Position numbers and translations under genes: made by a program
Shown: positions 47,001 through 57,464 of the stretch, piece by piece
How positions within the stretch are numbered: the stretch's first letter is position 1
How the letters are laid out: the number at the start of each line of letters is the position of its first letter
Notes under the pieces: model-generated
Databases searched by the model: none
Told to the model about the DNA's origin: nothing
The model's input: the letters and a program-made list of their open reading frames with translations, nothing else
Virus record (IMG/VR): IMGVR_UViG_2850949226_000003
Span: 1-64,000 of that record
Origin: a virus
Taxonomy: Duplodnaviria; Caudoviricetes
Length of the DNA: 64,000 bases
Strand: one strand, 5' to 3'

Positions 47001-49973
47001 AAAAGAAGAGCGCAACAATTATTAACTGCTCAAAACAAAGAGAAAGCGACGAAAAGAGAAGCCAAAGCAGATCAAGAGTCAAAAGAAATTCAACGAAAAG
47101 TATACGCGGCTAAGTTGAAAAAGCTTCACGATTACGATAAAGCGATGAGTGAATCCAGCAAGAATACTAAAAATAAATTAAGCGACTCAACTAAAACCGT
47201 TAAAGAAAAAATGAAAGAACAAAGAAGCAGTGTGGAATCGACTAAAAAGAAATATCAAAATATGTCCGAATCCGTGAGCAAGTCCTCCAAAAAACTTAAA
47301 GATAATGTAACTAAAAATGCAAAAGAACAAGCCAAAAACCACAAAAAACACAGCAAAGATGAAACTGACAGCGTTACAAAAGGATGGAATAATATGTGGG
47401 ATGGGGTATCTAAGATTTGGGGTTGGATCAAAGACCTGTTTGGTGGAGGTTCAAGTAAAAAATCCAAATCTAAAGACAAAGGAAATAGGTATGCGAAAGG
47501 TACTTCTGCAAGCGGCCATCCCGGCGGTCCTGCGATTGTCGGTGAAGAAGGTCGCGAGTTAGCGTATATTCCTGGCGTGGGGACGACTATTGTTGGTCAG
47601 AATGGTCCTGAATTCTTAGATTTACCTAAAGGAACTTCAGTCCTTCCTAACAAACATACCGAGCATCTTTTGAAACGTTACGGATTCCCTGGTTATGCTA
47701 ATGGAATCGGAGATTATTTTGACACAATCTTAAAAGGGCCTAAAGCGCTTTGGGATTTGGCGGTATCAAAGTTCAACATAAGCGACGGTTTGATACCAAA
47801 ATGGTTCACCAAAAGAAGCGGAAGCCCTATGAAAGCCATTGGCGCTCTGGCTGTAAAAGGAGTTAAAAATCTGATTGACAGCGCTTTTGGAGGTTTCTTG
47901 GGCGGAGGATACCAAGGCGGAGCTGGAGCCGATGTTGCGCGTAAAGCGATCTCCACAGCATTATCTATCTTAGGTAAATCACAAGCTTTCCTCCCAGCCT
48001 TGATGAGAATAGCATTCCATGAATCAGGTTATAACCCTAGAGCCGTAAACAATTGGGACATTAACGCTCGTCGTGGTGATCCTTCTGTGGGGTTGTTCCA
48101 GATTATAAATAGTACGTTCCAAAGATATAAATATCCAGGAATGAACGACAGAACAAATCCATTACATTCTGCGGTCGCCGCAATTCGCTACTTGGATGGA
48201 CGTTATGGCGGAATTCAAAATCACCCTGGTCTTCGCTCAATGGCTCGTGGGGGAGGTTATAAACCTTACGCTGAAGGTGGATTCATAGATAAACCTCATA
48301 TGGGTCTTGTTGGAGAAGCGGGGCCTGAAGCGATTATTCCTTTGTCTACAGGCAAGCGTTCAAGAGCCTTAGAGCTATATGCAAAAGTCGGAAATATATT
48401 GGGAGTTAAACCTTTTGCCAACGGCGGGATTGTCAATTATAAAGTTAAACGTGGCGATACGATCTCCGAATTGGCTATGAAATACTTCGGTAATGCGTAC
48501 TCTGGTGGTATGCAAAAACTATTGAAGATGAACCCACAAATCAAGAACCCTAATAGGATTTATGTGGGACAAACTATTAAAGTACCAAGTTCAAAGGGAT
48601 CAAGCTCTAAATCGAAAAAATCAAAATCGAAAAAACCAATGTTTAAAAATGCCGAAGAAGCCCAAAATTATCTGTCCAATAGATTAGAATGGATCGATCA
48701 AGTCGAAGCGTTAGGAATCCGGGCATCAGATTATCGAGTAAGGCACATAACTTCAGAGAAGTACAGGAAAGCTTACGAAATGACTGGGCGGAAAAACGAA
48801 TACAATAAAGCAGTGTTTGATGAGTTGAGCAAATTCACTGATGCCAATTACGCGAAGAAAATTTTCAATCAATCAAAACTGTTTTTAAGCTCGGCCGATA
48901 AAGCGAAAACTTTCCAAAGTATCCTTAAAAACATCGGGCAAAACGTCCTGAAAGAAGTCCAAGAGAAAACAACAACATGGTTGGAAAAATTCAATAGCGG
49001 TGTAAAAGAAGCTTCTGCAAGTGTCAAGGAAATGATCAACATTAGTGAGCAAGTTAAGAGCAGGAAGTTAGAAGAAAAGAAAGACAACTTCGTAAACAAA
49101 TACACTTCTGATTTATTGGCGAAGTTAGGTGTTGCCGAAGAGGTTGATCCTGCCGAGGCTTTGAAAAACCAAGCTGAAGAATTAAAACGAAAAATTGAAG
49201 AGCGCGCTGAAGAGTCAGCTCTTCTCGAATATCGCTTGAGTAGTTCCCAACTCCAACCAAGATTAAAAGAACTTGCCGGGTATAAAAGCAAGTTAGAAGC
49301 TCAAATGAAGGCTATTGAAAAAGATTTCAAAAATCGCGGCATCACAGATAAGAACCTTATTAGTGAAGCACAACAACCTCTAAAAGAACGTCTAGCAGAA
49401 ATCACAGAAGAGTACAATGAACTCCAAAATGCAATTTCAAACGGGAATAAAACTCTTGCCGAAAACAAAGCTGAATTAGAAAGATTAGCCCAAGAGTATA
49501 AGGACCTCCAAAAACAAATTGAGAAGACAGAAAGCAAGAGAGAGTTCACGGATGTTTGGGGGAACATTGTTCGCGATGCTGAAGGTAATGTGAAAATGAT
49601 TACCGACCAAGGGCAGTTGCTTATGAACACTTATGAAAAGATAAAACAGGAGATGGAAGCTGTTCAGCAAATTGCGGTTTCTGGAGGAGGATTTTCTGCC
49701 ATTGTGACCCCGATTATCGAGCAACTTTCTAAAGTGGTGGAATCATATAAGCCAACTATTAACACAGAAGTCGATCCAGGAAAAGCGGTTGTAACCAATA
49801 ATAATTCGGCTGTGAGTGAGACAAGAACATACGAAGCCAATACTAATGTTAATAGAAACGTGAGCTACCATATCCACACAGGGGTAGCGCTTGCGAGTGA
49901 AACTGAACTGCGGGAGTTCGCGATGATGATTAAAGAAATGATTGACGAAGAGGAAGGTAGGTCGAGAAGCTAA
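44013..49973 (+). CDS. Tape measure protein with lytic transglycosylase and LysM domains
   Basis: TP901-type core (IGNSFKTIFSR); SLT HESGYNPRAVNNWD.N...PS.GLFQ; LysM YKVKRGDTIS. Confidence 0.93.
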   Translation: MSENRRIGIHFDVNGEELQKLERAVKIMDNFNKHVATLQKSAGSVSAAFDRMTRAQEKTSQKQQNLSSMLKSFDSALKSHHFTINNVQMAQNALSKRLEQFGRNVKVTMDETGRFTATLTNMRNQTVKMSGGFDVASGKLTNLKRSVTTTNDAVDQMRRKTKEAVREMEKMRGIDISNRLPQDRAWNVQKDALIQYGRVIQGSIDRNNKFTQTVVTQQGEVKKITGYYNQAKRALVQYNEQTSKASRTQLNQAGFTNDAVQRIGLMSDSMKGLNKYTMSWNEAMAISATRMIQWGAAGTAIFGTKRALTEMMHTIIKLDEQFTAINRVIDLSAKDMDRLFQGAIRNANTLGIRLTEINESMIEFGRQGFGADDIETLVKATGLLKNVADMDMTQASENMTAYLATFRKEVADIGSYVDRLNEVDNKYAVSVDQLSESVRRAGGTANAFGVSIDNLLGYTTAVAEATRESGSIIGNSFKTIFSRITTIKEAEDALDAVGVSIRDVGGDMKSVDHILAELHGKWDGLSDAERQHIAVTLAGRYQLNRFLVLMQNFDKAMMASKTATQSWGSAQRENQRYMGSLRANIEKLWTSLQLLAHAVGEAGLTKAFGALLAMTTTMVTGFTKVVQTLDGFTFALPVVTAGIVALTYNFMKLKGSTAALQAGLVTVNPTLTALGTRMGMSTATATIFAGAVGKVTMGLRTLAMATVANPLFWIPVAISGLIGLIGHFENVKRRQEDLNKSTKDAKKEYQDFLDAINNGTVDAYQIEKYKEQMTMLKDQQKELNKYAKEHSYEMQIQTSYYSTMGVNAANLALSKEELVSKYKEETSAMKALSDEEENLIAQMGIKITKDMTISELSKKMSERHKELSSSVKQAEKAMEEQRLKGVLPSADAYFELGEAIDDQASSMENAIGLTDKIMNQMKEQKALIELLSGVKNKDAVQTQLLDNAYDYWSSTLGVSEEKLKKHPELMNKQIKKSKELLDITKKLADGTASAEEKRRAQQLLTAQNKEKATKREAKADQESKEIQRKVYAAKLKKLHDYDKAMSESSKNTKNKLSDSTKTVKEKMKEQRSSVESTKKKYQNMSESVSKSSKKLKDNVTKNAKEQAKNHKKHSKDETDSVTKGWNNMWDGVSKIWGWIKDLFGGGSSKKSKSKDKGNRYAKGTSASGHPGGPAIVGEEGRELAYIPGVGTTIVGQNGPEFLDLPKGTSVLPNKHTEHLLKRYGFPGYANGIGDYFDTILKGPKALWDLAVSKFNISDGLIPKWFTKRSGSPMKAIGALAVKGVKNLIDSAFGGFLGGGYQGGAGADVARKAISTALSILGKSQAFLPALMRIAFHESGYNPRAVNNWDINARRGDPSVGLFQIINSTFQRYKYPGMNDRTNPLHSAVAAIRYLDGRYGGIQNHPGLRSMARGGGYKPYAEGGFIDKPHMGLVGEAGPEAIIPLSTGKRSRALELYAKVGNILGVKPFANGGIVNYKVKRGDTISELAMKYFGNAYSGGMQKLLKMNPQIKNPNRIYVGQTIKVPSSKGSSSKSKKSKSKKPMFKNAEEAQNYLSNRLEWIDQVEALGIRASDYRVRHITSEKYRKAYEMTGRKNEYNKAVFDELSKFTDANYAKKIFNQSKLFLSSADKAKTFQSILKNIGQNVLKEVQEKTTTWLEKFNSGVKEASASVKEMINISEQVKSRKLEEKKDNFVNKYTSDLLAKLGVAEEVDPAEALKNQAEELKRKIEERAEESALLEYRLSSSQLQPRLKELAGYKSKLEAQMKAIEKDFKNRGITDKNLISEAQQPLKERLAEITEEYNELQNAISNGNKTLAENKAELERLAQEYKDLQKQIEKTESKREFTDVWGNIVRDAEGNVKMITDQGQLLMNTYEKIKQEMEAVQQIAVSGGGFSAIVTPIIEQLSKVVESYKPTINTEVDPGKAVVTNNNSAVSETRTYEANTNVNRNVSYHIHTGVALASETELREFAMMIKEMIDEEEGRSRS

Positions 49974-50335
49974 TGAGCTACTTTAAGTTAGGAGTTCAGG
50001 GAGAAGGCTTTGTCTTCTTCCTCCCTGATTCTTATAGAAAACCATTAAAGATTTTAGGGTCCGGTATTCGACGGTCAATTAATGGAACAGCAAAACGAGA
50101 TGTGGTGGCAACGAAATACACGTTCGAATTAGGGTTCGATTATTTGTCGGAAAAAGAATACCTTAACTTTATGCAGATTTTCAGAAAGAACAACGAAGAA
50201 GGCAAGGATTTAACATTTGTCGATGACGAAGGTACCTATACTGTTCTTTGGGGATCGGATGGTTTTGGTTTGGATGAGAGGAAACCCGATGAAGAAATTT
50301 ATTGGTCAGGGACTATCATTTTAGAAGAAATTTAA
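49973..50335 (+). CDS. Minimal distal tail protein
   Basis: Directly after TMP; RSINGT...D.VA.K..F.L.F..L pattern. Confidence 0.65.
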   Translation: MSYFKLGVQGEGFVFFLPDSYRKPLKILGSGIRRSINGTAKRDVVATKYTFELGFDYLSEKEYLNFMQIFRKNNEEGKDLTFVDDEGTYTVLWGSDGFGLDERKPDEEIYWSGTIILEEI

Positions 50336-50351
50336 AGGAGGTTGGTTATAA

Positions 50352-53300
50352 GTGCGAGGTAGATTGGATTTAACCACCCGATTCCCGGTTATGAAAGTCG
50401 TTGTAGACTTTGACAACGTGGGATTTGGGTATATGGAAAAATGGACGGACATCACTGATTATGTACTTGATGTATCTGGTTCCAAAGAAAAAGAGAGCGA
50501 AGTTCTTGGTGGAGTTTCGAGTGATATTGTAACTCTGACAGTTGATAACTCTGAAAATAAATTTTCCGTTGATAACCCCAATTCTTTATTTTATAAAAAG
50601 TCCAAGAGCAATTTAAGGTTTGCTTTATTGACAGGATTTAAAGGGGAATACTTAACCCCATACGTTGTAGGATATATCCATTCGATGCAACCACGATGGA
50701 AAAGCAAAGAGTATTTATTAAAAGCTACCTGTCCTATGGAGAAATTAAAAAGAGCTGATGTTCCGGAACAAACTTTTTACAATGTTTCCTGGGACGACCT
50801 CGTGAACGCTTTGTTGGATCAGGCGGGTATCGAGCCGTATTTCTTGAGAGAAATACCTAAAACCGAATTGTTTTACAAATACTTTAAGTTTGAAGAAAAT
50901 AAATGTTTTGATGCTCTTAAAAAATTAATGGAAGTAGTGGCCGGACAATCTTTTTTTGACGGTCGTTATTTTAAAACAATAACGAAATTAGCAATTAATT
51001 ACACTGAAGACAGAAGCCACAAACACGAAATAACAGTCAGCGATTTGTTCGAGTTTGAAGAGATCATTGACGACAATTCTATTATCAATAAGGTTTCAAT
51101 CATTAGTGAGCCGAAAGAAATTGCACCTTTGCAAGTTGTATGGGAGACTCCAGAAAATTTTGTTGGTGTCCAAAATGAACAAGTTTTTTATGATGGAACA
51201 GATTATGTCTATATCGATATAAACAACAGGCCCTTATTTTGGGATGACAGTCACGAAATCACTATTAAAAATTTGACCAATGGGATTGACATTACTTGGG
51301 AGGTTTATAACGCTGAATTAGGGAGAATTAAATTGACCGCGGAAGGCAAGGGTTACTGTAATCCGGGCGATTTACTTTCAGTATCGTACACGTACCAATA
51401 CCTGGTGTTGTTACCTGGTCAGGAAAGAAAATACGTCGCACAAACTGATGAGGTTATTGATGTCTTTTTGGAACCTGACATAGTAGCTTGGAATGCTGAT
51501 GCAACTGAACAAGTTGAATACAGTTCCACGCCCGATATCCCTAACACCTTATCAAAACAATCAATGACTGTAAAAGAAGATGGAACAATCGTAGAATTGG
51601 TTTTGAAAAACAACACTTCTGACAAGGTATCAATTTCAACATTGCAATTTAGAGGGTATCCCGTTAGGGTACTCAACCCTATTGAGGTATATAATAAAGA
51701 CAAAGAATCGATCGAGCAAAACGACACCAAAGAAGTTAACATCACAAATAATTACATCAACAACATAAAGCTGGCCGAAAAACTTTCACAATTCATAGTG
51801 GAGAATAAAGCGAATATTAAAAAAGAGTTAAATATCCAAATCAACGGATATTCAGAACTCCTTTTGAATGATGTCGCCTTAGTCACGGAAGAAGCCAGCG
51901 GGACTAACCATCTTTTAACTATCGAAAGAATCAATTTCACCTTCGGAGTCAATTCCGGTTGGACCGCCGACTTGACCGTGTTAGAAGTTCCTACAAATGA
52001 TTGGAGCTATGATGGATTTTTAGGGGATTCATATACATCTCCCCAAAAGGGGACACCAAGTTCTACTCAACCTTATCATAAAGGTACAGAACCACCGTCA
52101 GACACGAGTTTGTTTTGGGTAGACACAAGTGTAAATCCTAACGTAACGAAGGTTTATGATCAAGCTTCCGGCCAATGGGTTAAAGCAAATCCGACTACTC
52201 CGGAAGAAATAGGTGCGGAAACTCCGCAAGGAGCACAAGATAAAGCGGATAAAGCCAAGTGGGATGCAATCGACTATACAGACACGGAAGTTGCGAAGCG
52301 CGAAATGGCAATGTTCAAACAACCTACTCCGCCCGAAAAACCTGTTTTAAATCAAATTTGGATCGATACGAGTGGAGAGATGCAAATATTCAAAAGGTGG
52401 AACGGGACAGATTGGCAACCAATCGGACCTGTTACTGCTGGCGATCTCGATACCTATACGTCCATCGAAATTGATAATGCTTTAAAGACTAAAGTCGGTC
52501 AAACAGAATTCAATGAAGTTGAAGAAAGATTGAGCTTGGCCGAGTCAAGCATCACTCAAAATGCCGGTGAAATAGCTTTAAGGGTAAAGCAAGATACTTA
52601 TGATATGGATATTGGAAACCTTCGTTCTCGATTGTCTTCTGCGGAATCCAGCATAACCCAAAATGCGAATGAAATCGAATTGAAGGTAAGCCAAGATGGT
52701 GTCATCTCAGCTATTAATCAAACAGCAGAGCAGATACAAATTGAAGCGAGTAAGATCAACCTGGTCGGTGCAATCACTTTAAATTCGTTTAGTTCTGAAT
52801 TATTGACAGACTTTAATAGCAAAGCAGAGCAATCATACGTCAATCAAAAGGTGAATGATTTACAGATCGGAGGACGGAACTTAACTCCTAATAGTACAGG
52901 AAAGTTCTTGGATGAAGAAACATCAATCCCGGTGGGATGGTCATTGTGGGGAACGGCTGAAGACCTGACTTCTAGTACGGAAGATGTAAGAGGTGCGGAT
53001 GCGTCTGTAAAAGTTACAGCAACAGCAGACCAAGGTGGAGTGATGGCTCCGGTAACAGAAGTTCAGCGCGGGAAAGTTTATACAATTTCTTTTTATGTAA
53101 AAGTAGATAAACCGGCATTAATCGGTTATTTATTAAAATTCTTTGATGAACAAGGTGTTGAAATCGATCCTATTCAAATCGAGTCACAAACACTCGCCGC
53201 TAACGAATGGATGCATTACAAACAGACTTTTATTGTTCCAATGACAGCGGCAACTATGAGGGCGACTCCGATTGTTTATAGCACAACAGATGTTTATCCT

Positions 53301-54461
53301 GTTGTATTGACTATATCTGAATTAAAAACTGAATTAGGGGATAAAGCTACAGATTGGTCGCCCGCCCCTGAAGATGTGAATCAACAATTCGATTGGTTAG
53401 CAACGAGGATTTCTAATGCTGAATTGAAAATCGATGACGATTCTATAATCAGCACTGTTACATCATCTATAACATTTCAGAACGCTCTTGATACAAAAGC
53501 CGATGCGAGTGTTGTTGGTGATATGGCTACTAAAGAAGAAGTTGATGAAAAGATTGGATCAATTGATTTCGAAGGTGAAATAGACACCAGGTTGCAAAAT
53601 CTCTCGGAAGACGAGAACAGCATGTTAAACCTCACCTATGCAACCAAATCGGAGTTAACCCAAACATCGGAAGCGATCACATCGAAATTCTCTGCTACCG
53701 GCGGAATGAATTTGATTAGAAACTCTATAGGATATGCAGAGTTCGACTTTTGGACCGCGATTGGAGCGACTAGGATTGAGTCGTTTTCTGATCCTACTTT
53801 AGATACTTTAGGATTTGGGCATGGATTTAAGTTTACTCCAGGAGCATCAGCGAGTTCTTTATCCCAGGAAATGACGGTTATTGCAGGACAAGAGTATACG
53901 CTTTCCTGGTATGGCAATAAAATAAACAACACAATTTCAGGAGATGGCAGAGTAGCGGTTCAAATATTAAACGAAGACGGAACGGCACTTCATACGCGTT
54001 GGTATCAACATACAGATTTAACTCAAGGTTACGAACCAGATAACTTTGTTTTCATTCCTAATAGCAATAAGGTAACTGTAAGAATTTATTGTTACCAAGA
54101 TGCTGAATTTTCTATAACTGGTTTGATGTGCGGGATCGGAGATATAGCACTTCAATGGTCATTAGCAACCGGAGAGTTGTACAACACCAATGTAAGAACT
54201 GACATTAACGGTATACGAGTTTCGAGGATCGAAGATGAAGAGGTTGTTGGGTACACAAATATGACCCCGGAAGAGTTTGCCGGTTATTACACAGACGGAA
54301 ACGGCGGATATGAGAAGGTTTTCTATCTTAACCAAGATGAAACCGTCACGAAGAAATTCAAAGCAATGACAGAGTTTACAATGGGATCGATAAAAGTGAT
54401 TAACGTCAAAGGCGGCGGGAATGATGGTTGGGCGTTTGTTCCGACTGTACCTGAAGAATAA
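50352..54461 (+). CDS. Baseplate hub / central tail fibre with carbohydrate-binding-like domains
   Basis: AESSITQNA.EI.L.V coiled-coil repeats; IGGRNL...ELGDKATDWSPAPED module. Confidence 0.8.
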   Translation: MRGRLDLTTRFPVMKVVVDFDNVGFGYMEKWTDITDYVLDVSGSKEKESEVLGGVSSDIVTLTVDNSENKFSVDNPNSLFYKKSKSNLRFALLTGFKGEYLTPYVVGYIHSMQPRWKSKEYLLKATCPMEKLKRADVPEQTFYNVSWDDLVNALLDQAGIEPYFLREIPKTELFYKYFKFEENKCFDALKKLMEVVAGQSFFDGRYFKTITKLAINYTEDRSHKHEITVSDLFEFEEIIDDNSIINKVSIISEPKEIAPLQVVWETPENFVGVQNEQVFYDGTDYVYIDINNRPLFWDDSHEITIKNLTNGIDITWEVYNAELGRIKLTAEGKGYCNPGDLLSVSYTYQYLVLLPGQERKYVAQTDEVIDVFLEPDIVAWNADATEQVEYSSTPDIPNTLSKQSMTVKEDGTIVELVLKNNTSDKVSISTLQFRGYPVRVLNPIEVYNKDKESIEQNDTKEVNITNNYINNIKLAEKLSQFIVENKANIKKELNIQINGYSELLLNDVALVTEEASGTNHLLTIERINFTFGVNSGWTADLTVLEVPTNDWSYDGFLGDSYTSPQKGTPSSTQPYHKGTEPPSDTSLFWVDTSVNPNVTKVYDQASGQWVKANPTTPEEIGAETPQGAQDKADKAKWDAIDYTDTEVAKREMAMFKQPTPPEKPVLNQIWIDTSGEMQIFKRWNGTDWQPIGPVTAGDLDTYTSIEIDNALKTKVGQTEFNEVEERLSLAESSITQNAGEIALRVKQDTYDMDIGNLRSRLSSAESSITQNANEIELKVSQDGVISAINQTAEQIQIEASKINLVGAITLNSFSSELLTDFNSKAEQSYVNQKVNDLQIGGRNLTPNSTGKFLDEETSIPVGWSLWGTAEDLTSSTEDVRGADASVKVTATADQGGVMAPVTEVQRGKVYTISFYVKVDKPALIGYLLKFFDEQGVEIDPIQIESQTLAANEWMHYKQTFIVPMTAATMRATPIVYSTTDVYPVVLTISELKTELGDKATDWSPAPEDVNQQFDWLATRISNAELKIDDDSIISTVTSSITFQNALDTKADASVVGDMATKEEVDEKIGSIDFEGEIDTRLQNLSEDENSMLNLTYATKSELTQTSEAITSKFSATGGMNLIRNSIGYAEFDFWTAIGATRIESFSDPTLDTLGFGHGFKFTPGASASSLSQEMTVIAGQEYTLSWYGNKINNTISGDGRVAVQILNEDGTALHTRWYQHTDLTQGYEPDNFVFIPNSNKVTVRIYCYQDAEFSITGLMCGIGDIALQWSLATGELYNTNVRTDINGIRVSRIEDEEVVGYTNMTPEEFAGYYTDGNGGYEKVFYLNQDETVTKKFKAMTEFTMGSIKVINVKGGGNDGWAFVPTVPEE

Positions 54462-54480
54462 AAGAAAGGAGAATGGATAA

Positions 54481-56883
54481 ATGGCATTAAGCGGTACTAT
54501 ATATACAAATGTCGGATCACATTGGCGATTACAGTTAGAGTGGACAGGATCACAAAGTACAAGCGGTAACTATACTGATGTTACAGCAAAACTTTATTGG
54601 ATCGCGAGAGATTCCTACGGTGCTGTATATTCTGGCGCAACAAAAAGTTGCGGTATCACTGTTTCGGGTAGCACCTCAACCAAGAGTGCATCAGGAATGG
54701 CGAAATTATCAGGGAATCAAAAGAAGTTAATTCACAAGTATACAAAGAGAATAAATCACAATTCGGATGGTACGGGTTCCATAACCTTAGACGGATACTT
54801 CAACGCTGAAGTAACTTTGGGTGGGACTTATTATGGAAAAATCAATTTAAGCGCTAAGACTTGGACCTTAAATACGATCCCTAGAGCTTCGAGTTTGTCT
54901 TCAAGTCCTTCATGGAAGGCCGGAAGCAACTTCACTCTATCCGTTTCGAGAGCCTCATCTTCTTTTAGTCATGAAGCGGAGATATATGTAAAAGATACAA
55001 GTGGAAATTGGGAATGGATAAAAAGGGTTGATTTTTCGAAGTCCCAAACATCGCTCTCATCTTCCTTTTCGACAGCTAATCAAGAGGAAATATTTCAAGT
55101 TTTAGCTGGGAGAAGCAGTGCAGACAGTAGGGTTCTTTTGCAAACGTTTAACGGTAGCACAATGATTGGCCAAAAAGAATATATAGGAAAGTGCACCGCC
55201 CCTAGCGCTAGTACAATAAGCAGTGGAACAGATCGTGATGTTTATATTGACCAGACCATTAACTTAGGGATTACCCGGCATGATAGTGAGTTTTCTCATA
55301 CTTTAAAAATATTCTGCGGTGGTACTTTGATCAAGACTATTACTGGTGTTGGGACAAGTACATCGTGGACTCCTACTGAAGCAGAAAAAGATATTATGTA
55401 TGGGAAGACTCCAAACTCCAATGAAGTTGACGGGAACATCGAGGTATATACTTATTACGGCTCACAACTTGTAAGAAGTTATACAAATAACGATATTGAT
55501 TTCCATGTAAGAAATTCAAATCCCACTTTCGGTACCGGTTATTCATACAAAGACACCAATTCAACAACAACAGGCATCACCGGAAATGATCAATATATAA
55601 TTCAAAACAAGTCGAGTGTTCTCGTTGAAATTCCGTCAACAGCTAAAGCGGCTCCGCTTAATGGAGCTTCTATGGTGGAATATGAAGCTAAATTAGGCGG
55701 AAAAACGATAAAACAACCGTATTCCAGTTCATCTACTGTTTCATTCAATTTTGGAGAAATAAATGCAAGCGCAAATCAAACCTTAACGGTTTCGGCTATA
55801 GATAGTAGAGGAAACAGGACTACCACAACAAAAACGGTAAACATGGTGCCATACTCTAATCCGAATGTTTCTGCGACCGCAAAACGAATTAATGACTTCG
55901 AGAACAATACCACAGTAACACTAACGGGTAGTGTCTCTCCATTGAATGTTGGAGGAAGCAACAAGAACACAGTGTTATCAATGAAGTATGAGTATAAACT
56001 GGTAACATCATCTTCTTATCCAACGACGGGGCCTGGTTCGCCAACTTCATTTTCTAACGATACTTCAAAAGCATTCCCGAAATATGGAGGGGTACCGGTA
56101 GTTGTCGATCTCAATAACCTTTCTGCTTGGAACGTAAGGATAACTGTTTCTGACAAGTTAGAGAGCACAACTGTAGTAAAAACCGTTGACACAGGAAAGC
56201 CTATATTCTTCATTGATTCACTAAAAAAGTCATTAGGGTTTAATGATTTCCCTCTTTATGAAAACGAATTTAGATTTAATGGGCGGATTGTTTTTGGGGC
56301 GAATCAATGGGCACCAAACTCTCAAGGCGAAGGGGCCGGCGCGTTATACCTTAACAACTCCGACATTACAGGCGTTAATGGGGTATGGTTCAATGACATT
56401 GCCAATAACGATGGCGAGGGATTATTGTTTCTGAAGAGCGGCTCAACAGCAGGGTCAACCACACCTTCAGATTACGATAACTTCTTGATACGAGATGGGG
56501 TAGCGTATCTTAATGGCCAACCTGTTCTCTATTCAGGAAATGAAGAGCTGTGGAATGGGGCTTATTATATGCACAGTGGACATACGATCTATCCTACAAA
56601 AAAGATTTCCGATTGTCCTAATGGATGGGTGCTCGTTTGGTCTGACTATGACAAACCCACAAAAACAGTAAATGACTTTAATTTCGCCTACACATTCATC
56701 CACAAATACCACGTAAAAGCATGGAACGGCGGCGGAGTATATTGTCCAATCGGCACAACAAGAACAACGATAACGAACAAATACCTCTATATCTACAATG
56801 ACAAAATAGCAGGAAACGATGACAACGATGATGATGACACTTATGCAAGTGATGCAGTATTGAGAAAGGTTCTTTGTTTTTAG
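54481..56883 (+). CDS. Siphovirus minor tail / receptor-binding protein (DUF859-like)
   Basis: QS...N.T.V...L, TIPRAS, DSRG and LWNGAYYM...CPNGWVLVWSDYD motifs. Confidence 0.75.
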   Translation: MALSGTIYTNVGSHWRLQLEWTGSQSTSGNYTDVTAKLYWIARDSYGAVYSGATKSCGITVSGSTSTKSASGMAKLSGNQKKLIHKYTKRINHNSDGTGSITLDGYFNAEVTLGGTYYGKINLSAKTWTLNTIPRASSLSSSPSWKAGSNFTLSVSRASSSFSHEAEIYVKDTSGNWEWIKRVDFSKSQTSLSSSFSTANQEEIFQVLAGRSSADSRVLLQTFNGSTMIGQKEYIGKCTAPSASTISSGTDRDVYIDQTINLGITRHDSEFSHTLKIFCGGTLIKTITGVGTSTSWTPTEAEKDIMYGKTPNSNEVDGNIEVYTYYGSQLVRSYTNNDIDFHVRNSNPTFGTGYSYKDTNSTTTGITGNDQYIIQNKSSVLVEIPSTAKAAPLNGASMVEYEAKLGGKTIKQPYSSSSTVSFNFGEINASANQTLTVSAIDSRGNRTTTTKTVNMVPYSNPNVSATAKRINDFENNTTVTLTGSVSPLNVGGSNKNTVLSMKYEYKLVTSSSYPTTGPGSPTSFSNDTSKAFPKYGGVPVVVDLNNLSAWNVRITVSDKLESTTVVKTVDTGKPIFFIDSLKKSLGFNDFPLYENEFRFNGRIVFGANQWAPNSQGEGAGALYLNNSDITGVNGVWFNDIANNDGEGLLFLKSGSTAGSTTPSDYDNFLIRDGVAYLNGQPVLYSGNEELWNGAYYMHSGHTIYPTKKISDCPNGWVLVWSDYDKPTKTVNDFNFAYTFIHKYHVKAWNGGGVYCPIGTTRTTITNKYLYIYNDKIAGNDDNDDDDTYASDAVLRKVLCF

Positions 56884-56903
56884 GGAAAAAGGAGGAATAG
56901 ACG

Positions 56904-57443
56904 ATGAACATTTATATATCGTTAAATGAAGAAGGTCAGGTCACCGGTTGGGGGAGCACAAGAGGAATGGATTCAGAGATTGAAATTGATATCGAGGACA
57001 ACGATCCTTTCTTAACGGACAATCCCTTTATATATCGTTATCTTGATGGGAAATTGGTAAAGGACGAATCTTTCGAACTGAATAGAGCTAAATCAGAAAA
57101 AATCGAGGAATTAAGTAGAGAGTGTAAGGCGGCAATTTTGGGAAGGTTTGTTGCAACAGTTGATGGAGTTGAGTATTTGTTCTCCTGTGACATTGAAGCG
57201 CAAGCTAATTTTGAAAAAGCAGAGAAATCTTTCGCCAAAGGACTTATTACTGAAATTCCGTGGACAGCTTATGATTCAAACGGAAAAGTCGTAAGGGTTC
57301 TCTTGAATCAAGAAAAATTCGAACCTGTATACATCAAACATTTAGAGCACATCCAAAACAATATTTCGAAATTTAGAGATTTCCTTCAGCCAATGGTAGA
57401 AGATGCTCAAACTCCTGAAGAGGTTTTTATAATACGGTGGTAA
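56904..57443 (+). CDS. Tail fibre assembly-like protein (DUF4376-like)
   Basis: AK.EKI.EL...C...I..F...FSCD.EAQANF pattern. Confidence 0.6.
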   Translation: MNIYISLNEEGQVTGWGSTRGMDSEIEIDIEDNDPFLTDNPFIYRYLDGKLVKDESFELNRAKSEKIEELSRECKAAILGRFVATVDGVEYLFSCDIEAQANFEKAEKSFAKGLITEIPWTAYDSNGKVVRVLLNQEKFEPVYIKHLEHIQNNISKFRDFLQPMVEDAQTPEEVFIIRW

Positions 57444-57464
57444 AGAAAGGGGTGTGAAAATCGA

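Noticed and set aside
44013-56883. Numerous antisense and nested ORFs in the track
   Set aside because: Shadows of long structural genes, with no RBS or motifs.
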